Assembly (NCBI GenBank): GCA_038063735.1
Contig: JBBTUN010000004.1
Location: 190,921-254,920 of the forward strand
Origin: Patescibacteria group bacterium
Lineage (GTDB): Bacteria; Patescibacteriota; Microgenomatia; Curtissbacterales; GWA2-41-24
Direction: 5' to 3'
DNA length: 64,000 nucleotides
Positions within the stretch are counted from its first letter, which is position 1, and the number at the start of each line of letters is the position of its first letter. A program made the position numbers and the translations under genes. Positions 59,110-64,000 of this stretch are shown here, one piece after another. The notes beneath the pieces were generated by a model. That model worked only from the letters and a program-made list of their open reading frames with translations, ran no database searches and was not told where the DNA came from.

Positions 59110-60513
59110 TTAAATTTCACCTTTTTCTTCGGCCTTTTCAAAATCCTCTATAAGCTTGTCTGAAGTGTATTTCTGTAAACTCGCTGGTAACTCTTCGGGT
59201 GGAATAAACCTCACAGGGACAAATTTGCTTGCAGCTGCAACTGAATTTGACACTGCGCTTCTTATTTCTTTACATTGATCTGAAAGAAACCAACTTAGGT
59301 CTTCTTTTAAAGTTATGTTTTTCTCTTGACCAGTAGCCCCGTATCCCTCGTTAATGTCTACGATACCCAGCACTTTTAATGCCTCCATTTCCTTATGCGC
59401 AGTTGTGTGTGAACAGTTAAGTGTTCCCATAACTTGATTTGTGAGTAGTTCGCCGTTGTTGTCTACAAGAAGTCGAAAAAGGTTTGTTCGGGTCCTAGGA
59501 GCACTGTCAAGAGTCACATCGATGACTAATGCTAGGTCACCTTGGTCAATTTGTCTTCGGCCTGTAGCCACAGAGTGCCCCCTGGCCAAGTTATAAAGCA
59601 GTTGATTTATTCTATCCGGTCTTTCAATAATTGGATCAGAGGACTTATATGATTCTTTGTCCTCCTTAACCCAACGATCTTCCCAAACATTAATCGTCGC
59701 CCTTAGCCTTGCAAGCAGTTTTGCACATCGACCGATAACAACTAAAAATTCCCGCGGGTCCTTAGACTTGTCCCAGTCTATACCGTTAGGTAGAGCATTC
59801 CAGATTTTATCAACGTGTTCTCGCGTAGCAGTTTTGCAAAGCTCCTGCTTTTGCAACCAAGACGCGCTTGTTAGCTGATCTGCTAGCTCATTTTCATCTT
59901 TTTCCTTACTTCTTATTTGGCTAAAAAATAACCTAGAACCAAGATTTCCTGACATTTTCCAGACACGAGGAGGAATCGGTGTAGAACCAGCAAGGAGCAT
60001 AAAGTTATATTCGCCCTTGTAACCTCTTTTGCCGTGTAAACCACTATCAAGTTCTAGTCCCTCACCATCAAGAACCCTGGTTAAAACGCCCAAGTTTTTA
60101 AGAAGATCTTCCTCGCGCTCTCCAAAGATTGTCGCTAAATCACGAATAATCAATACTTTGTTTTTAATTTTAGGCAGTAGATCTATCTCCTCTAGTTTCT
60201 CTTTTTTCACATTAGCTGCGTGAGAAACAAATGAAGCAGGGGTGAAGTTGTCTGTTGTGTAAACCAATTCTGTTAAATCTGAAAACATATTTAAAGTGAT
60301 GGTCTTGCCAGCACTAGGCACGTCGACAAAAACTAACGCAAAAGGGTTTTTAATATCGTTAATTTTCAGCTGTGATATAACACTAAGACCGATCTCGGCA
60401 GGCCTTACGAGATCGGGAAAGTTATTTTCTATTGTCTTAATCCAAGCCGTATATTGGTTTGTATTTTCCATAATAAAAACTCCCGTTTCAGGCGGAAACC
60501 CAAACGGGAGCAT
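59110..60513 (-). CDS. P-loop NTPase, putative mobile-element replication/primase-helicase-associated protein
   Basis: Deviant Walker A VDVPSAGKTITL and Walker B-like KVLIIRDL; 467 aa; adjacent to integrase. Confidence 0.4.
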   Translation of the reverse strand: MLPFGFPPETGVFIMENTNQYTAWIKTIENNFPDLVRPAEIGLSVISQLKINDIKNPFALVFVDVPSAGKTITLNMFSDLTELVYTTDNFTPASFVSHAANVKKEKLEEIDLLPKIKNKVLIIRDLATIFGEREEDLLKNLGVLTRVLDGEGLELDSGLHGKRGYKGEYNFMLLAGSTPIPPRVWKMSGNLGSRLFFSQIRSKEKDENELADQLTSASWLQKQELCKTATREHVDKIWNALPNGIDWDKSKDPREFLVVIGRCAKLLARLRATINVWEDRWVKEDKESYKSSDPIIERPDRINQLLYNLARGHSVATGRRQIDQGDLALVIDVTLDSAPRTRTNLFRLLVDNNGELLTNQVMGTLNCSHTTAHKEMEALKVLGIVDINEGYGATGQEKNITLKEDLSWFLSDQCKEIRSAVSNSVAAASKFVPVRFIPPEELPASLQKYTSDKLIEDFEKAEEKGEI

Positions 60514-60650
60514 TTATCCGCCTGAATTTTCTTAATGAAATCACGACTAAAGGTTAAAGATCAAAGTTGAAAAGTTAAAAAAACGAGGCTAGTTTTTTCT
60601 GTTATATATTACGACTTATAAAAAATGTAGAAAAAATTAGTATATTGAGA

Positions 60651-61073
60651 TCAATTTAAAACACCGATATTTATAGGAGTTAAATATATCTTTTTATTCT
60701 TAGTTTTTAATTTATAGCCAATCATTTTGAGTTTTTTATTTATATTGATAATTAACTGTTTACCATTGTTGACACCTACTTCTTTTTTAATATCCACAAT
60801 GCTCAAGGTTGTATCTCCTGCGATTTTTAAAATAAATTTACTATGTACTTTGTTTAGGCTAGTAAGTTTCAATTTACCCTTAAGGGTGCTTAAAAACAGC
60901 TTTTTTCTTTGTCCCGGGGTGGTTATAGATTCAATGCTTAAGTTTAAAGCTTTAACTTCTTGCTTTAGTAATTCAATGTCGATAGCTAAACTTTCTAGTG
61001 ATAGATTTTTATAGTTAGCTCCGATAGACATCAAAACAGCTATTTGTGCGGACTTGAATGTATTCTTATCCAT
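60651..61073 (-). CDS. Hypothetical protein (Lys-rich, AT-rich gene)
   Basis: 140-aa ORF, no recognised motifs. Confidence 0.25.
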   Translation of the reverse strand: MDKNTFKSAQIAVLMSIGANYKNLSLESLAIDIELLKQEVKALNLSIESITTPGQRKKLFLSTLKGKLKLTSLNKVHSKFILKIAGDTTLSIVDIKKEVGVNNGKQLIININKKLKMIGYKLKTKNKKIYLTPINIGVLN

Positions 61074-61088
61074 ATTTAATCTTGATTT

Positions 61089-61673
61089 TTAAGGCTCATC
61101 GATAGTATCTACAGAATCAAGTGAATCAAGTGCGTCTACCATCTCTTCATAAGTCTCACCTGAATAGTATTTTGCTTTTCTAATGTCACTATTGGCTTGT
61201 TCAATATTATCGTTAGCTTCCTGCAAAGCAGTCTTTAAGTTCCCAACCTGCGTATCTAATTCATCAGCTTCTGATGATATCTCGTCATATTCGTTATACC
61301 AGCCCTTTGCTGTTTTCCCATCATATTCGCCAATCGAACCTAAACCATTTCCTACACTACTTAAAAACCACCAACCAATCAGTAAAGCAATACCGATAAC
61401 AAAAATGAGTACACCCCAGGTGAAACAGATCCCAACAATCTCAAGCGTCTCGTCGCGTTTGTGGACCAGCCAATCTCTAAATCGCCCCTTAGGCACGTTG
61501 CTAATCGTGATGCCAGCCAAAATAATCCAATATACAGGTTTCAAACCATAATTAAATAATAGTGAAAATAATAAAAAAGTGGCCAAAGATAAAAAAGCAA
61601 TCCACTGAAACCAATGGTTAATTGTTTCTTTTTTTGATCGGACAATTGGTCCTGGGTTATCTTTATTATTCAC
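61089..61673 (-). CDS. Hypothetical membrane protein with C-terminal acidic coiled-coil region
   Basis: 3 predicted TM helices then heptad-like region LDTQVGNLKTALQEANDNIEQANSDIRKAK. Confidence 0.3.
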   Translation of the reverse strand: MNNKDNPGPIVRSKKETINHWFQWIAFLSLATFLLFSLLFNYGLKPVYWIILAGITISNVPKGRFRDWLVHKRDETLEIVGICFTWGVLIFVIGIALLIGWWFLSSVGNGLGSIGEYDGKTAKGWYNEYDEISSEADELDTQVGNLKTALQEANDNIEQANSDIRKAKYYSGETYEEMVDALDSLDSVDTIDEP

Positions 61674-61684
61674 TTAATTTACTC

Positions 61685-62317
61685 CTACATACACTTAATC
61701 CCCATTGGGACACCGCCGTTATTCAAGCAATCCATCCTCAAATCGAATTCCAAATCTTTCTGCTTTTTTTCAATGACATCAATTTTAGACTCAAGATCTG
61801 TTGTATCAATACTCTGAACAGGTGTTTCGTAGGTGTAATTATTAGTTGGCTTGCTTTTTTCGGCTAAACCCTGCTCCCTTAAGGATTCAAAGTAAACTAA
61901 ATCTCCCTTATTTAGATCAAGATAAATTGCGAATCCACGAATTGTAGAATTTCTGGATTTTTCAACAAGAAATTTATCAATCTCTGCTTGTGAGTAGTTC
62001 TGCTTGAGTGCGTTCTTCACAAATGGTTCTGTTTTACTCGGATCCAGTTTTTCCCCAAATTTTTCGTACATTTCACTTTTGGATTTGGAGTTAGATGCTG
62101 AATAAACATACGCCGCAACTTTGAATGCCCTATCAGACGGGTCGGGAACTACTAATACGGCTGGAGTGCTATTTTCAGTTACAACCGCTGAAATTGCTTG
62201 ACCGCTCGAGGTTTTGTCGTCTTTTCTCAATATTTGAAATCTCCAAAATACAAAAGCTCCTAGTAATAACGTAATGGCAAGAATAGTGATTGTTTTCATA
62301 ATTCCTTTGATAAACAT
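61685..62317 (-). CDS. Hypothetical secreted or membrane-anchored protein
   Basis: N-terminal signal/TM MKTITILAITLLLGAFVFW; C-terminal CLNNGGVPMGIKCM. Confidence 0.3.
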   Translation of the reverse strand: MFIKGIMKTITILAITLLLGAFVFWRFQILRKDDKTSSGQAISAVVTENSTPAVLVVPDPSDRAFKVAAYVYSASNSKSKSEMYEKFGEKLDPSKTEPFVKNALKQNYSQAEIDKFLVEKSRNSTIRGFAIYLDLNKGDLVYFESLREQGLAEKSKPTNNYTYETPVQSIDTTDLESKIDVIEKKQKDLEFDLRMDCLNNGGVPMGIKCM

Positions 62318-62329
62318 AAAAAGTGACTA

Positions 62330-63025
62330 TCACCAATAATTGGGTGGGGAGCTACCTAGTATTTTCTCCTCACCATAATTTGATGTCACTTTAACTCCAA
62401 AAATTGGGAATTGAGGATTACCCCTATTAATCGTGCATACGCTTCCATTGATTAGATCTGTTCCGTCACCGTTATTGCTTACTACTTGCCCCCCACCAGA
62501 ACTAGATTCGACAAACTTACATTTTTGAAGATTCTTATTGGCATTTATTGTCACAGTATTGCCATCAGTAGTCATACTTGCTTCAAATGTGGAATTATCA
62601 GGAGATGATGTCGGGCTTGGGTTAGGTGATGAACTGCTGCTCGGGGTAGGGCTTGCACTTTGTGTATTATTTGAATCCTGAGAATTGCTGGCTGAGTTTG
62701 AGGTAGCGTTATTGTTGCCGTTACTGGTCTGATTATTGTTTGTCTGGTTATTCGGTGAAATAGATGGGGTTGGAGATTTTTTGTTTAAAATTGGGCTTGA
62801 GGTCGGGCTTGGGTTTGTATTTTGAGTTGATAATCCTGCAACCTCTCCGTTAATGTTCTCAGGCACATTGGTTTCTACAATTTCCTGTTTGTTTTTATGT
62901 GATATAGAGTTGTAAAGAAAAATTCCACTAGGAATCGTGCCGATGCTAATTAGAAATGCAAGGACAAACAGTTTAGCCTTGATTCCCAGTTCAAGGAAAT
63001 AACTTTTTAATTTCAAAATAGACAT
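62330..63025 (-). CDS. Hypothetical secreted protein with long Ser/Asn/Pro/Thr low-complexity linker
   Basis: N-terminal TM/signal, ~100-aa S/N/P/T-rich region, C-terminal Cys-containing domain. Confidence 0.3.
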   Translation of the reverse strand: MSILKLKSYFLELGIKAKLFVLAFLISIGTIPSGIFLYNSISHKNKQEIVETNVPENINGEVAGLSTQNTNPSPTSSPILNKKSPTPSISPNNQTNNNQTSNGNNNATSNSASNSQDSNNTQSASPTPSSSSSPNPSPTSSPDNSTFEASMTTDGNTVTINANKNLQKCKFVESSSGGGQVVSNNGDGTDLINGSVCTINRGNPQFPIFGVKVTSNYGEEKILGSSPPNYW

Positions 63026-63102
63026 ATTTGTTTATTGGGGCAGAAGAAATGGCAGGAGATTTTGTATTATAGGTTTAAACCAACCTAAAATGCAAGTAGT
63101 AG

Positions 63103-63154
63103 TTTGGCACGGATGCCAAAGACATTTTTGCTCCAATTTGGCATAAATGCCAAT
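63103..63154. promoter_or_regulatory. Twin palindromic operator candidates TTTGGCA-N4-TGCCAA(A) in the divergent region between the XRE gene and the minus-strand operon
   Basis: TTTGGCAcggaTGCCAAA 63103-63120; TTTGGCAtaaaTGCCAA 63137-63153 overlapping the XRE start codon; centres ~34 bp apart. Confidence 0.45.
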
Positions 63155-63383
63155 GATGGCAATAAAAGTTGACGAAAGAGCTGTTAAAAAGCAGTTTGGG
63201 GCTAAATTAAGGCAGTTAAGGCAAGACAGGAAGCTTTCACAAGAGGGAGTGGCACTTGAGGCAGGACTAGACTTAACAACTATTAACGAAATAGAAATGG
63301 GAAGCCGAAACCCCTCTCTATTAACTATAGCTAAAATTTCAAAAGCCTTAGGGGTTAAGATTAAAGATGTTTTCTCTTTTTGA
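63147..63383 (+). CDS. XRE-family helix-turn-helix transcriptional regulator (Cro/CI-like)
   Basis: LRQLRQDRKLSQEGVALEAGLDLTTINEIEMGSRNPSLLTIAKISKALGV matches HTH_XRE pattern. Confidence 0.7.
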   Translation: MPMMAIKVDERAVKKQFGAKLRQLRQDRKLSQEGVALEAGLDLTTINEIEMGSRNPSLLTIAKISKALGVKIKDVFSF

Positions 63384-63408
63384 GGAGATTTTTAAGCATT
63401 ATCTAGAT

Positions 63409-63714
63409 TTATTCATCATTTTGCTTAGGTATGTAGATCACAGGCATACTAAATAATTCAGCTTGCGATGTTAAATCCGTTGACTGTTTGGGCATACCGT
63501 CCATACGGTTCATTATCTCTTTCATAGCACTCACATTTCCTTTTAAAGCCTGATTCACCAAGCTTTTGGCAACTAACTCTTTTATACTCTCTCCGCTGTT
63601 TACTTTTTTCTCTACTGCTTCCTGAAGAGTGCCCAACCACGACCAATCACGCTTTGGCGCTCCCTTGAGATTCCCACTTTGTCCTTTTCGGAATGATGTT
63701 GAAGATATAGCCAT
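63409..63714 (-). CDS. Phage-associated DUF5681-like protein
   Basis: N-terminal FRKGQSGNLKGAPK resembles the F-KGQSGNPKGRPKG signature of DUF5681 proteins. Confidence 0.4.
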   Translation of the reverse strand: MAISSTSFRKGQSGNLKGAPKRDWSWLGTLQEAVEKKVNSGESIKELVAKSLVNQALKGNVSAMKEIMNRMDGMPKQSTDLTSQAELFSMPVIYIPKQNDE

Positions 63715-63720
63715 ATGAGC

Positions 63721-63742
63721 CCTGTTATTTCCCTGTTATTTG
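63721..63742. repeat. Perfect 11-nt tandem direct repeat CCCTGTTATTT x2 immediately upstream (minus-strand sense) of the DUF5681-like gene
   Basis: 63721-63731 and 63732-63742 identical. Confidence 0.5.
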
Positions 63743-64000
63743 TTCGTATTTATTTAGCTTTATTATACTGGATATGAGGAATGGGTGACAGTATTGACTG
63801 TGTGTACTCAACTTGTACACGCTTATGTTGTTTTGTGCGAGATAAAAGTGGGCAACATTTTCTGTTGAAGTAAGTTTATAATGTATAATCTGCATTAGAT
63901 TTATGCCAAGAGACGATTTCCCAATAGGTTTACAGCGAATAATAGGGCAGATACGTTACAGGCCAACCCTAACTTCATTTCAGGCTGTCACAGAAGCTGC

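Larger units (their letters stand above)
57888..63938. mobile_element. Candidate integrated element (~6 kb) bounded by a 10-bp direct repeat TCCCAATAGG; carries integrase, P-loop replication-type gene, XRE regulator, DUF5681-like gene and four unknown membrane/secreted genes
   Basis: TCCCAATAGG at 57888-57897 and 63929-63938 (each preceded by TT.); gene content typical of phage/integrative elements; boundaries are inference. Confidence 0.35.

Noticed and set aside
63865-63889. TTGAAG with two overlapping TATAAT hexamers near the window end as a promoter
   Set aside because: The spacings to the TTGAAG are 6 and 13 nt, neither compatible with a sigma70 promoter. The hexamers may serve an out-of-window gene, but this cannot be assessed.
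1-64000. CRISPR array or cas genes
   Set aside because: No series of regularly spaced identical repeats of 25-40 nt was seen anywhere. The only tandem repeats are short (7, 10 or 11 nt) and lie in coding or promoter contexts.

Overview
Low-GC, gene-dense bacterial window, almost all on the + strand, with frequent start/stop overlaps (ATGA, TAATG, TTGA). Gene content (many GT39/ArnT-like and YfhO membrane glycosyltransferases, a DUF4012-like protein, a minimal but complete peptidoglycan gene set) suggests a Patescibacteria/CPR-like or other small-genome monoderm; this is inference only. It falls into three blocks. (1) ~1-30.2 kb: a very large surface-glycan or glycosylation locus. It has about 6 GT4, 4 GT2 (one DPM1/GtrB-like polyprenyl-phosphate sugar synthase), about 6 polytopic GT-C-type membrane proteins (GT39/ArnT-like, 2 YfhO), a Wzx-like flippase, an O-antigen-ligase-like protein, a hexapeptide acetyltransferase, a SAM methyltransferase, an EamA transporter, a ManC-like nucleotidyltransferase, a priming sugar-phosphate transferase and a DUF4012-like protein. 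(2) ~30.2-57.8 kb: recO, glyQS and a PurF-like amidotransferase, then an unusually consolidated division/cell-wall (dcw) superoperon. Its order is mraZ-rsmH-ftsL-ftsI-[insertion]-murE-(glmU-N::murC fusion)-murB-murA-ddl-alr-murF-mraY-murI-murD-ftsW-murG-ftsQ-ftsA-ftsZ. A 10-bp-periodic TGGTGA repeat array (candidate MraZ boxes) sits upstream of mraZ. (3) ~57.8-64.0 kb: a candidate small integrated mobile element, possibly bounded by a 10-bp direct repeat. It carries a tyrosine integrase behind a near-consensus promoter, a P-loop replication-type protein, four uncharacterised membrane/secreted proteins, an XRE-family HTH regulator with twin palindromic operators, and a DUF5681-like phage protein. 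No rRNA, tRNA or CRISPR array was recognised.
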